The notes: a model not told the origin generated them from the letters alone. Numbered from the stretch's first letter, positions 37,566 to 51,466 are shown. The stretch: 64,000 nucleotides of DNA from Minutocellus sp. GHC0000111 (GCA_977018835.1 OZ361258.1:4712001-4776000); one strand, 5' to 3'. Made by a program: numbers and translations.

Positions 37566-37820
37566 TGCACTATGTACGAGGACAGAGATACGAAAAGGTA
37601 GAATAAAGTAGTTGTATAAAGTTAATGGAAATAGATTGTGACTAGAGTAGAGAGATTAAACTAGATTTGATAAGATTGATCTCCAACTTGATGCGATCGG
37701 CATCTACGTTGGGAGATACGTTGCCAGATCTTGGCACGACACATGATGAGTGCTCGACGGGAACAGCGAGCGTATCCATATGACGTAATATTATCGTCAT
37801 TCAGACGATCACATGTTGCA
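37566..37820 (-). repeat. 5' LTR
   Basis: Near-identical to 34201-34458, with roughly ten differences by eye. Confidence 0.9.
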
Positions 37821-37855
37821 TACATACCGGTACCTACTTCTTTGGAAGATCGGGC

Positions 37856-40800
37856 CTACTTGCGCAGAGCCTTGCGTTCTTTGCGAACAACTCCGTCGGC
37901 CGATCGGAACAGATCCGTAGCCTCGAGGAACGAGCCAGCGGGGAAGTTGTGCCTATTGGGCAGAATGTGGTCCATATCGGCCTCTTCGACGCCCATCCAC
38001 TGCGCCAAAGCATGCCACACCGAGTCCCAGGCCATGCTGGGAATCATGCGGCCTCGGCCCACATTGGACGGTCCCTGAGAACCGTCGGGGTTGAGAATGT
38101 CGTCGGGGTACCGATTGACGATCTGTCCTCCCTTGACATCACCTCCGATCATGAAGTAGTTGCCGCCCCATCCATGATCAACTCCAATGTTGCCATTGGG
38201 ATCGAGGGTACGAGCAAAGTCGGAGGTCTCGATGATGACCACCTGATCGTACTTGCCCTGGGCCTTGAGTTCGGTAACAAACTGCGAAATGGCCTCGTTG
38301 ACGTGCGACACCCTCCTCTCCAAGTTGGGGAGGACCATGGAGTGCATGTCCCATCCGCCGGTGGTGGCGTAGAACATCTCGCGATGGACGTTCCTTTGAC
38401 CATCTCCCGACCCAGCCGATTTGATGAGCTGAGCGATAACCTTGAGCTTGCTGCAAAGGTCGTCGCAACCGAATGAAGCCGTCAAATTAGCAGAGTTGGG
38501 ATTGAGCCACTCGGCCATTTGCTCGTTGAGCTTGATGGCATCAATGGACTTGGCCGCCCAAGTCTCGGCGAAGAAGCCACTGTCGGCCATTGTGGCATTG
38601 TTCAGATCGAAGATCCTGTCCTGCATGGATGCATCGGTGGGGTTGGGGTTGAACTGAGTCGAACCGGCATTGGTATTGACAATTCTGTACTGTGGGGAAT
38701 ATCCTGGAGTTCCGGCCAAGGTTACAGTGGAATCGCGGATACTGACGCCACTGGTCTTGTAGTTGGTGCTGTGGAGGGCGTCGGCCATACGTCCAAGGAC
38801 GCCGGTACCGCGCTCAAGCTGGAAGGGATCGATACGACGGGTGTTGTCCTGCTGAGTGTTGTGGGCGAAGAGCTGAGTGACGGCGCTGACGTCTCTGTAA
38901 TTTGCCTTGACAACGGGCTTGGTGAGAACACCGGTATTGGCAAACCAAAGACCGGAGGGAGCTTCATCACCATTGAAACCAGTGTACAGATCTTGCATGA
39001 TGGGGACGTCCTTGTGGATGCCAAAGGTCTCGCACGGCTGTTGGAGTCCGGAGTGGACATCAGCAGCACCAGGACTGACGTGATTGTCGCTGATGGGCAG
39101 GAGCTGCTCCGGAGGCAAGGCCACTCCCTGGCGGATCGCCTCGTACTGTTCGCGGGTGGTGGTGGCGTTATTGGCGAGCTGCTCGGCAGAAAGCCTGGCA
39201 TCGGTGCAGGTGTAGGGGGCGAGTAACGAATACGAATCGGCACCTCCAGTAAGCATAATGTAGACAATCGCCTTGTAGGATTCACCGCTGCGGCCCGTGA
39301 TCTCATCCACCTTGGTCCTCGGGGCACCCGTGAAAGTTGGTGTCTGCGTACTATGGAACTCCGGCGACGACACGACAAGCTGCATCGCAAGCTTGAGGGC
39401 CTCGTCGGCATTCTCCGATTGGAAGTACTTTTGCTTCCAGGCTTCGTAAATGGTGGCTCGGTTCTCGGCACTGAGACGTCCCGCTGTGAGTAGGGTAGAC
39501 AGCCGGTCGATCACAATGTTGCCATCAGTGGTGCCGGATTAAAAGAAAGTTCGCCGAGCTTCGACCAGCTCGGGGAGAAGCCATAGTCGTAGCTACCGAT
39601 TCTGTCCTGCATGAGACCCTTCTTAATCAATGAGAACATTCCGTTCTGGAGCTCCACAATCTTGGGCATGTCCATCACCTGCGATTCGGGGGCAGAAAGG
39701 GCAGCAGATGCAATACGGCCATCGGGTTCGTATTCCGGCAGGAAGAAACTGAAGACACTTTGATACTCGTGAGCCATCTGGCCAATTCTCAACTCCATCC
39801 TAACCAACTCAACCAGAGGCTCGTTGGGCTCGGGGTTGTACTCCATACTGCGCATAAGGCCAACAATCTTGACAAGAGGCTCTCGGAGGGATCCAAAGGC
39901 AGGATCATTGTCCAAAAGGACGTCCCGGGCCTCTCTGTCAAGAAGGATGGCGGCGGCGGTGGCCTCCAGATCGCCATATACGCCCTTGCCAAAGCTGACG
40001 CCGTCGCTGCTGTAGGATCCAGTGCTAAAGGCGGTGGCAACAGCCTCGATGTAGCGAGGACTTGGGTTGGAGATGCCAAATCGCTTGATCAAACGGGTCG
40101 AAACGAAAGGGGCTGTGGTATCATCGTAAAAGTAGGAGTTCAGGACAGCATCGGTCTCGTACTGAGCATCACGAAGGTTGGTTTCCGACGGCACCATGCT
40201 CATGAAATGAGGAGGGTTGCGGAAGGAGTAGGTGTCGATATTCACCGTGGACTCGACGTTCATGAAGTACAGCGTCCTGCTCTTCTTGGTGTCGTTGATC
40301 TCGAAGATTGTGTCCTTGTTGAATCCGTTCTTCTCGTGCACAACAAAGTCGTTGACAACCCTAGAGGAATAGACACCGGCACCATACGAAGCTGGATTCA
40401 TAGCACCAATCGTCAGTCTTGACACAATGTCGGCCGCCGAGGAAGGCATGGTATCGAACGCCTGCGAATCGTCCACCGTCACATCACACTCACAGGCCGC
40501 GGCACCTCCAGCGACGAGAGCGCTCTTGGCTCGGCAAAGACCGTTGAGACCACCGGCGCAGTTGTTGTCGGGGCTGGGGAATACACCACCCTCCCAGTAT
40601 GCCGGGAAGTTGCTGCGGCTGTCAAGCTGGACGTATTCCACAGTGTCACGGCGTCGATCTTGGCGCGGATGGCACAGGAAGGCGTGGCACGAGCCTCGCC
40701 GTCCCAATCCCAGTGGTAGAAGGTCTTGTAGATATCGTCGGACACAGAGTCGAACTTGCTGCAATTCTCCCATCCATCACCAAGGCTCTCGCAGCGTTCC

Positions 40801-43800
40801 TTGGCCTTGGCGAAGGTCATGCGCTCGCCGTCGTAGGCATGAGCACGGACAGCGTCGAGCGATCCTGCAGCAGCATTACAGCAAGCCTCCCCGGCAACGG
40901 GAAGGCGAGGATCAGCGCAGGTGGTGCCAAGCCACACCTCGTTGGGGTCCTGCCAGGTGCCTGGGTTTCCACCGAGCTTGACAGGATTGGGGTAGAACGC
41001 CTGCTGGACACAGGCAGGGGGGACATATTCGTAGAACAAACCCTCGGCGACCTGTACAGTACGGACCGTATCGACATCGCATTCGTTTCCGGTATTGGAA
41101 GGAGTGCCGTCAGTACAGTTCAGGCTCTGGGAGAGGACGACCTTGTTGGGGTAAGTGCACCCACCGACGTCTGAACCACAGAGTGCAGCCTTGAGCTGGG
41201 AATCGCTAGGCAAAACGAACTTCTTGATGGTGGGATCAGTCGCAAATTCGATGGGGTCCTCGACGAGCTCGGGGAGGTTGGATCCACCAATCAGGCGGTA
41301 TGTCGCTCCCTCGTTGAGGAACATGCCGGCAGGAATGTCGGAACAGCGAGGGTAGCCGTCGCCGACGTATCCGTTGTGCAGATCGGTCTTGGGGAAGCGA
41401 TCGCGCCACTCAGGAACGATACGCATGGGATCAAGCTTGTTGCCGTCGGTCATGTAGTCCTCTGTGTTGCCACGCTGAAGCTGGAGATCAAAACCAGTCC
41501 AGGCCTTGGCGTAGTTCATAATATGATCGTTGGTATAGGTCGCAATGGGCATGCCGGTGTCCGGATCCCGAACAGGAGATCCGTCCATGTTGAGACGAAT
41601 CAATCCGATGGTAAAGAGCTGCATTACCTCTCTGTTGGTTTGTTAGGTACGTCGGTGGCCCGGTGGGTTGATATATGGAAGACAAGAAAGGAGAAAAGGA
41701 ATCAATCGATGAAATCAGTGTGAGAATTGCATAAAACCAAATTATAATCGATATATGGACTCGTGCTGCCAACCACGGCAAAACGAAAACATACCTGGCA
41801 TAGTTCTCGTCAGCAAAGGCCACGATCCGATTGGCCTGCCACTCATACGCAGTCGAGGTAGACCGCAGGTAAGTAAGGTGCATGGCCATCAAGGCACTGT
41901 AGGAGATCTCCTTCAAGATGTCACCATAGTTTCCGAACGCGTTGCGCACCATGATGTCATAGTACTGGAGGAAGATCTCGGTATTACGGTCCTGCGAGGG
42001 GATACCATCCTTGACAATGACCAGGATCTGATTGAGTGCCCAAGCCATCTTTTGTCGGAGCTGATCCTTGGATTCAAAAGCGAGGGTGGTCCAAACATTC
42101 TCTCGCTGTCTGGCAAGATCGCCACTGCTGGTGGTATCTCTCATCTCGCTGGCAGTCACATCGAAGAGACTGCCCAAAGAAGGGTCATTGGAAATCTCAC
42201 CGGGGCTGCCACAGACCAAAACATTGGAGCTGCCGACGTTGAATGTGGCGCCGTAGTGCTCGGCAACTTCGGCGGTTCGGAGACCGGTGGGAAGATCCTT
42301 GAAGTCGGTGCTATCGCCAAAGCGTCCGACGTAGTCGAAATTTAAGTGGTGGACCTCCCAGCGGAGGATAGGGTGGTCCAGCTCAAATGGCATGTCGGTC
42401 ATGGGATTGGTTGTGCCAGTCAGAGGATGAGAACTTGGGAAAATCAGACGAGCCGAATCATTCGAATCCATCCACTTCTTGATGGGATTCTCGGCACCTC
42501 GCATCTCGGCGTGCATGTTGCCGGGATGAGTGTCGGGTAGACTCCAGTAGGTCATGTCGTACACACTGAGGTGGTCGGAGTGGACGTGCGTCCAGCAGTC
42601 GTTGCCAACCTGAATCTTGGTGCCAAGAGGCGAGTTGAGATCGCAGGGAAGACTGCCGTCGCCGGGGAAGATCACGTCACGCATGAATGGGTTGGAATCA
42701 TCGGCATTCTGCAAAAGCAAGTCAGTAACGGTCGTCCTCGTAACATTGTCGAGAGGAGTTGGGTCGGCACAGACTTGGTCGGCATCCTTGAGCCACCGAG
42801 AACGGAAGTTGGGAGTACAGAAATGCTTGGTCTCGTTGCCGTATGCGTCGGTAACGACGAGGCCCTCGAGGGCGTAAACGTAACGTCCAGTGAGGGAATT
42901 GATCTGCTTGATGTTCTCGTCATTGAGCTCAAAGGTCGCATCGACGGAAATTCCGACGTTGCACGCGCTTGCTTCGGTCGACAGAACGCAGCTATCCTCG
43001 TTCAGGAAGGTCCTGGGGACGTTGGAGCACTTGGTCTTGTCTGCAGTCTCGAGACTGACTGCGCCACCTCCATCGACAAGTGGACTCTCGACAGTATTGG
43101 ACTCGAGGATGAGGCGAGAGTCGAAGATCCACATGGAACCATCACTCATTTTGCTGTATATTTGTGTAGGGTGGAAAAGAATTTGATAACACAAATGAGA
43201 AAATGCGCAGAGGACACATAAGAGAGCCAGCCATATAATTATATTTCCTCGCCGTTGTAGATAGAACGACGACATGATTGAAATACTGAAATGAAGGATG
43301 ATAACTTACCCAAAGATCGGAGCATCACCTTCGTCAACAATATCTGGGAGTGAAGCAAAGGGCATCGTCCACGTCAACACCGAGGACGATGTCACCATTG
43401 CGGTTGTTGCCATTGTCTACAAAGCTGTAAGTAGAAGGAAGCTCCACCGTCTGTCCGGGAGAGCACTCGTAGTCGCGGAAAACCTCAAAGCTCACGTCAG
43501 GGTTGGATCCAACAAGTTCTTGATCACTGCCACTACCGGTGGGCCTGATGCGAATGCTAGACGTTGAGGAAGGACGTCCGTTGATCTCATACAGCAAAGA
43601 GGAGTTGGTCGGGGAGTTCACGCCAGCAACAATAGTGCGCGGGAATCCGTCGTACATCAATACGTAATGGTCGACAAAGGGGATGAGAGAATGTCTCATC
43701 CAAGGGTGCGAAGAACAATGATAATCAACGAACTGAGCCGCAACATGGTGATCATTGGGAATGGTGTACGTAAAGGAGGCCCCAACGTCCCTGATGTTGA

Positions 43801-46800
43801 GGTTGGGACAGCCCTTGATTCCAAAAGGGTGCTTGTTGGATGTGCGAGTGAAGGTGTACGTATTGCCAGGGACAAGAACAAGATCACTAAGGACAACAGA
43901 TCCGCTGAAATCGTAGTAATGGCCATTGTCCAGTGGGTCACTGTGGCCATCTCCAACCTCAACGGTGCCATCGACAGGTGCAGTTGCCGGCGCGCAGTAC
44001 GGACTGACACATAGGCCTGAGTAACACACGTGATCCATGTGATCATGATGGGGACATCCTTCACCGTCGGCGAGGCCGCTGCAGTCGGGTGCTCCATCCA
44101 TCATGTCGTGCTCGTGGCCGTCGTGCGAATGACAAATATTACTCTCCGATACTGGAACAACGCTCATGTAATGAGGGAAGTCCATGTCAAAGCCATCCTT
44201 GCCCGTGAAGGCGTACTTGCGCCATCTTGAACCGGCCTTGCAGGGGTTGCCGGCGCGACCGACCTCCTCGGGCACAGGCCACTAATAGGGAAATAAGGGG
44301 GAATTATGGAAGGAAAATGGAAGGCCAATAGTGTCAGTAAGGATGTCGATGATGGAAAAACCAAAAATACATGACATGTATGTAAAAAGCATCGATGATT
44401 GAGCAGATAATATATATTTCCTTACCCGCGGGTTGGCACGAGCTCGCCAGTACACTCTGTGACTGGTGGGAGGAGTCACTGTCTCATCCATCTGGTCAAT
44501 AATCCAGGAGTTGATGTTATCTTCAACGGCAAGGCGGCGGCGAGTGCCTGTGGCACTATTGATACTGTCGATATCTGCCTGGGTCGCTCCGAAGGTTGCC
44601 TGCGAGGAAACGGGCTACAACGTTGTCGTTGGAGTTGAGCGACGGGTCAGTGTATCGCAACGATGCCTCGCTACTGCTGTGCTTGTACTGCTTGTTGGGG
44701 CCAAGGTCGGGCAGATCAATCTCACAGGCTCCAAAGTAGCAGTTCCAGTCAAGGTCGCGCATGGTATCTTCAACAATGCGGCCGGGCTCCTTCTCCCAGT
44801 CATTGTCGTTGTACGAACGAGCAATGGGAATGACAAAGCTCTCTGTTCCGTCGACGTCCACGGTAACCTCCGAGAGAGTCGTAATGACACCAAGCTCTGC
44901 CTTGGCAAGAGCAATAGGCGCAGTTCCGTCACCAATGTACGAGGAATCGCCGACGCCGGGCAGGGCAGTCTCGTTCATGGTAGGCTGAGAGGTTGGAGTG
45001 GCCGTAGGTGCCACAGGTGCAGCAGTCGGAGTTGCCGTTGGGGCGGGGGTGATGGGAAAGGTCGGCTCCTGAGTTGGCACTGGAGTCTTGACGTCGAATG
45101 AAACACTCTTGGCAACAATGTCAAGTTCCCGGTCAATGTCGTAGACGTAGATTTCGGCGTTAGTACAGGACGCCAGGTCAGCATCGACAGTAAGCTCATA
45201 CGAAAAGTCGTTGAAGCCATCGGGGTTCCAGCCGTTGAACTTGAAGCTATCGGTGCGCATCAGCTTATCCCAGGCTCCATTGGAAGTTGAGCATCCCCAC
45301 GCCTTTAGGTGGATTGAGGGGCAGTTCGTCTTCCTTCTCCATCCCTGATCCTCATGAGGGTCGCAGGAAGCACCGTGTCCGGTCGCATTCTGCAGCTTGA
45401 AGGAACCTGTGACAATGTATTCGTCACCGGCGGTGAAGCATCGGTGCTCAATCTGCTGACGGAAGCCGGCCTCTGAGTGATCACGGAGATGGCTGATGAT
45501 ACCGCCACCGTCCAAGTAATCGATTCGGCCATTGTGGCGCTTGTAGCTCCCTGATACGAAAATTCGAGCATAAAGCAGGCGTGGATACAACAATAACAGA
45601 GGAAGACAAAAATTGCATCAAGATAGGGGGGAAAGAAAGGATCTGCGACGCGATATCAAAACAAACGCAGCTACAAGACACCACTCTTTTACTCACAAGG
45701 ACAGGTCGCCGTCAAAGGTAGGATTGAGAACCAGGTTGGAACAAGCCTCAGCCAGAGGCACGGGCCTGATGTGGAAGTCATCCATGGTAATATCGTACTG
45801 GGTCGGCTCGTCCTCGAGCCAAACACGGAGACGGTGGGCATTGATCTGATTGTCAAGAGCGTAGAAGGCGCCCTTGGCAACGTTCCATCCCTCGGATCGG
45901 GCAGGAACAACGACATTGCCCATGGTCATGTAGCCCCAGACACCGTTGCCCTCGTGGTGGGCTCTGATCTCGGGACACCTGATGGCTCGTTCCGCGTCGG
46001 TGTAACGATTGGAATCCTCTGTTTGAGGGACACAGGCCACGGTGGCACCAGTATCGCGGTCAGTCATCTTGAATTTGACCTCGGCAATGTAACGATCTCC
46101 AGACTTCATACAGCCACGCTTGAGAGTCTGCATGGGAGAGTGGTGAGTGCCACTTCGGCCAACCATCTTGATGGCGAGATCTCCGGCACCACCAGCTCCC
46201 TCGACCAGCTCCATTTGCTTCTCAGAGCCAAAGGTATCCCAGAACATGGCATCGCCGCGTTCGAGACCACCGTTGGAGGTCAGATCATCACAGGCCGAGG
46301 GATCGGTGGAGTCGAAGGCGCCAAATGGCTTCATCGATAGGCTGCTTATGACAATGTTGGCGTTGGGGTTGACGTTACGGATGGAAAGGAAGGTGCTCTC
46401 GGAATCGAGGTGATCATGGGTGAAGGTCATGATGCCGTGGATAGTCCTGAAACCACTGGGGTCGACATAGCGCACTATCTCCGCAAAAGGGTAGTACGAC
46501 GACCAGGACGTCGAATCGATCCTATCCATGGATTCTTTGTACGAACCTCTGCGATAGTACTTCTCGAAGAGAATCTCGGGACAGCCAGTTCCAGACCAGG
46601 AATCGTTGGGGTTGCAGTCCCTCGGCGTGACACCATCGGACTTCTCGAAGAGTCGGATCTCACCCTTGATTTCATACGTCTTGCCCAGACTTCTCCTGAC
46701 GCAGCGCTGATCGAGGTACATGCCGAAGCCACCCCAGTCTCTGCTGCGACTCTTGAGCTGAATAGCGTTGGAGCCATCAACTCCGCCGCCAGCGACAAAC

Positions 46801-49800
46801 TCGACCTTTCCGTTGCCATTGTGATTCCAGGGCTCGAGGGAGCCAGACTTGGCGTCGCCGTTGCGGATGAGCTCGGAGCAGTAGGCATCCCACCCTCCCG
46901 CTGGTTCAGGTCCCTCATCGATGGCGACATCACCAGGGTTGGCATGTCCGGTGCAGGTAGGAGCATCCTCCCACTTCTCGATGACGTACATGGGATATCC
47001 GACGTTGCCGTTGCTATCGACGAAGGAAACGGTGAAGTCACCCTCCGGTAGAGCAGCGTAGAAGTACCTGCTGCGGCCTCTGTGGACCTGGTCGCCTCCG
47101 AGGTAGATCATGCCGTCGACTGAGACGGTAGAGTTGTCGGCATTATTGGTGATGACCATGTGCATATCCTTGGACGATTCCTTCTCGACCTGGAACTCCA
47201 CCTGACGGAGGCAAGTCTGGGCACAGATGGCAACACAACTCTCGGCATACTCAGTGCAGGCGATGTCCGGAGAAAATGCTTGGACCATGTTCATCATCTT
47301 GGGGGTGTTGGAGATGACAACGCCAGGACCGAAGATGCCATTGCCAGAGGCGCCGCCTTCAATGTCCATGAGGATATCATCGACGCCAAGCCTATCTTGG
47401 CCGTAGCAGGCATTGATCATGCTGGCATCACTGTTGGCGGCAACAAGTCGACGACTGGATCCAATGTTGATCTCCACATCACCGGCAATGGTAGTATGCT
47501 CGCCCAGGGTCGTCTTGAAGGCAAAGTGAGGAGAGCCACCCTCGCTGATGGAGCCACCGCTCTGAGAGCGGATGAAAAGGCCAGTACCACGGGTACAGCC
47601 GGGATTGGTCTCGTCACCAAAGCCTGCAATGTCAAGACTAGTTAGCTCGTTGCGACGTCCATGGTCCCAGCGGTTGTAGGACATCCAGTAGATTCCCATC
47701 GGCCTCTGGTCCTTGGGGTCGTTGCTGTACGGATTGTGACAGAATCGCTCCGCATTCTGCGACGAAGCCACGCCGTTGAATTCATCGGATTCGCCACGGA
47801 TCTTGAGGTTGCGAAGGGCAATGCCGTTGTTGCGGTGGGTGTAGATACTGATGCTATTGTCGACGAAGGTGCCACCGTCAAGCATAACATCTCGGCAATA
47901 CTCGGCCTTGAGGCCCATGTAGCGGTTCTTGTAGACGTCGGTGTTGTAGAAGGCACCCGACCAGTCACCAGTCGACTGGCCAGTAGCGCGGTCCTTGGCG
48001 GGCTCAAAGTCACGAATCTCAATACCATAGTCGTAGTTGGAATGTATCACGTTGCCCTCAAACTGGCCAAGGCCAAAGTTGCGTGGGCGTCCTCTCATGC
48101 CGCTGGCATACGATTCGTAGTTGACGGTCCAGTGGAGGCCAAGGTAGAAACCAGCCCGACGACTGCCGGCGGCGAAGTTGCCAACCCAGTTGTTGTCGGG
48201 AGTGCGAGAGAAGAAGGTTGCTGGCCAACGATCATCCTGGTCGTGAGAACCAGTGACCCGGTTACCATGCCACCACCAATCTCCGGTGCCTAGAGTCAAG
48301 GCACCAAGATTCTTGTAGAACGTATTGTTGGTCTCCGTTCCATCGACGAGGACAAAGGTGTTGCCACGCGTCTTGTAAGCAACATTCTCCGAGATGGCGG
48401 TGTTGTCGGTACCCTGGATGACGATGCCACGCGAGTACGAATCACGGACTGTATTCTTCTCGATGAGCGAACGACTGTCTCTGCACTGGCGAAGGTGAAG
48501 AGGCTGTAAATGAATAAACGCACATGCAATTGAAAAGAAAAGCGGATGGAAACTGGGTGTGAGTCATTTGGCGGCTGTACTAGTAAAATGCATTAGATAT
48601 CAAGATATGAAGGATGGGCCACCGGGAAACTTACGAATCTATCCGCATTCTTGTCCTGTCCCATGTAACGGAGCTCAACACCGCTAAACTTCTGCTGGAC
48701 GGAAGGAGTGTGAGTAACCTGGACGTACCCACCCTGCCGAGCGGTGGGAACCTCGCTGGGGCGAGAATCGTCCTGATTGTCGGAGTGGATCTCCACGTTG
48801 CGGCTGAGGAGGGCAATCTCAGTGGGGAAGACAGTCCCGTCGAGATTTGGCCTCGGCCTCCTGCATGGTGGTGGCGGGAACTATGCCCCCCCTCGATCAT
48901 GAGCTTGGAGGTGCCGGGGATTGGTCCAGCCGTCACGCTCGTGATGGTGGCGACCTGAGAGTCCTCGAAGCGGAGGGTGTGGGAGGTGATGGCGATCTCG
49001 GAGCCGGGGCCCCAGCAACCCTGGACGGCCTCGTTGGGAACAATGAGACCCTCGACGTTGCCCTGAAGGAGCTTAAACTGGATGCCGTCGTAGTCAAAGT
49101 CATCCTTTGAGTGCTTCCAGCCACCGTCGTTCTTTCCGTGGATACGAAGGTCCCAACGGTACCAATCGGCCTCGGTGAACTTGCGGCTGCCATCGGTCTT
49201 GTCGAGGATGACAACGTCCTTGGAGCACTGTGGTTGAGATATGCAAAAATGGAACGATGCATGGTGGAGTCAGAAATAGAAGCAGTACAAAGAAATAATT
49301 GATAACAAGATACGAGAAGAAAATAAATAGCACGGAATCCACGGTACCAACTGCGCAGCACTTACCGTCACCCAACCATCGTCCTCTTCGATCGGCTCGC
49401 ACGTGACCAACCTCCTGGTATCGTAGTGATGATATCCGGTATGGCCGTCCCTCTCGCCGTAGTAGAAGGCATACAAATCAACGTACGGCTGGAACTTGCC
49501 CAAGCCACCCTGCTCCTTGGACTTGCTGTGAAGGCGGATGCGGAACGACACGCGGTACACCGAGTGGGACTGGACGCAGATGGGCGGGATCTCCCGGAAG
49601 GTCGGGCCCTGCCAATCGTAGTACTTGCCGACGATGCTGGTGTAGGTGTTGGTCTCGTTGCCGTTTACAGTCTCGTGGCGGCTGACGAGGCGGGGGTTGC
49701 CACCCCACGACTCCTGCATGGGGACGGGGGGGGTAGCGATGATGGTTGATCCGCATGGGGTACGGGCTGGGTCCGTTGCCCTCCTGGTCGCCGTTCGGGA

Positions 49801-51466
49801 TCATGTCGCTGCACGTCGCAACGAAGCTGGCGGGATCGGGAAGGCGAAGGCTGGCCACGTCGACCTTCATCTCGACGTCGGCCTCCGGTCCCTGGAACTT
49901 GAGGACGATGTACTTGGCGGTCTCGATGCCCCACGCGGGGTCGAAGTTGATGGTGGCCTTGAAGTCGTGCCACACGTTGTAGTACGGGGCCGTCTCCTTG
50001 GTCTCCCAGTTCATGGTGACGTCGTGGTTGCGGTCGGCGGCGTCGCGGATCTTGGTCTGGACCTTGAGGCACTTGCTGCCGGTCTCGCCGCACGTGGTGG
50101 GAGTGTCGGTACCGGTGACCCCGTCCTTGGTCAGCATGACCTTGGCGGTGAAGAGGTAGTCGACGCCCGACACCAGGCAGCCCTTGAGCCAGGTGATGTC
50201 GTTGGTGGGGCCCTGTGGTAACATGGAATGCAAATGGTGCAAATGGGTAAGTGATATGATGAAAAAAAGGAATGATTTCTGATGCGATGGTTGCTTCCTT
50301 TCAATGCAATAAATACCAATGGTACCTATCTACGTAGCTAGCTAGCTGAATGCCAATTGAATTGAACGATACGACGACATGCATCACACAAAAAAAATAG
50401 AACGTACCTGCCAAACGGCCTTGCGCTCGTGGACGACCATGGTGGCATCGGCCATGACGTCGACCTCGGCACCCTTGTCGCCGTCCCAGCCGCCGGTGCC
50501 GTCGCCGCCGATCTGGAACTGGTTGTCGATGAGGTCGGCGGTGCAGCCGGCGGGTGGGGCCGTGTACTTGGCCACCTTGTGCTCGTCGAGGAGGGTGACG
50601 GACGAGGCGGTGTAGGACTTGAGGTGGGTCCACGTCGGGCAGGTCTCGGGCATGGCGTCGATGTTGAGCCGGCCGCCGGCGACGAGGAAGGGCTTCGTCC
50701 CGACGTCGCAGCCGGAGGCCCCGCACCGGTCGGCGTTGGTGTCGGCCGGGAAGAAGGTCTGGGGAGCGGTGCCCGTCAGGACGAACCGGACGGCCCGGTT
50801 GGATTCGGTGATCTCGGCGTCGGACTGGATGTCCAGCTCGCCCTGCACGTAGACGGCGGGGGTGGTGATGGTCAGTCCGGCACCCTGGGGGATGGTCAGC
50901 TTGCCCCGAATGTCGAGGCCGGCGGTACCCGACAGGTCGAGGTCGCGGGGAGTGGCGGCATCGACGACGTAGCATTCGCCGCACGGGACGACGAGGGGGC
51001 CGCTGGCCGGGAGGGAGAGGGCCAGGGCGGAGAAGTCGCCGCAGGCAGTGACGTTGGCCAGGCCGGCGTTGCAGCCCAGGGGCTCAAAGTCTCCCCCGAC
51101 GGGAGACATGAGGCGGCGGGCGGCCGAGTTGGAGTCCATGTCGGCGTCGTAGTCGGCATCGATGGAGTCGACGGCATGCTCGCCGTCGACCAGGAGGCCG
51201 CGGGCGCGCATCTCGTCGGACCGCTCCAGACGGCGCATCTCGTACGATTCCATCGTGGCCGAGAGGGGTCCGGACCTGGCGTGCATGGACGTGTCGGTAG
51301 CAGAGCCAGAGGCATCCTCGGCCGTAATGACCGACGACGACAGCAGGGACGGATCCTCCTCAAGGATGGAAGCAGCCGAAGCGGAGGAGGTGGCCAGGAC
51401 GGCCTGGAAGGTGGCCGACGCACCGAGGAGGACGGCCAGGGCGGCGAAGGCCCGCTGGAGGTTCAT
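37856..51466 (-). CDS. Giant secreted multidomain protein: G8-like + CBM-like repeats + parallel beta-helix + DUF1800 + DUF1501 (~4,000 aa; multi-exon, several frameshifts)
   Basis: Signal peptide at 51466; G8-like LDIRGKL..VYVQGEL..KPFLVAGGRL; beta-helix RGIVIQGT..ENVAY..PATFF..NNWVGNFAAGS. Repeats begin LI.NGD/E. DUF1800 motifs DQLRQKMAWAL, NAFGNY..IL, DENYAR|EVMQLFTIGL, GSLREP. DUF1501 motifs LFAHN.QQ, GGWDMH, SDFARTL, DHGWGG. GT-AG introns (e.g. 50213-50407) join exons in frame. Confidence 0.8.

Larger units (their letters stand above)
34201..37820 (-). mobile_element. Ty3/Gypsy LTR retrotransposon with internal deletion
   Basis: Paired ~255-bp LTRs (TG...CA), flanking TACATA duplication, PPT-like tract next to the left LTR, gag-like ORF followed by RT-RNaseH-integrase order. 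Confidence 0.95.
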
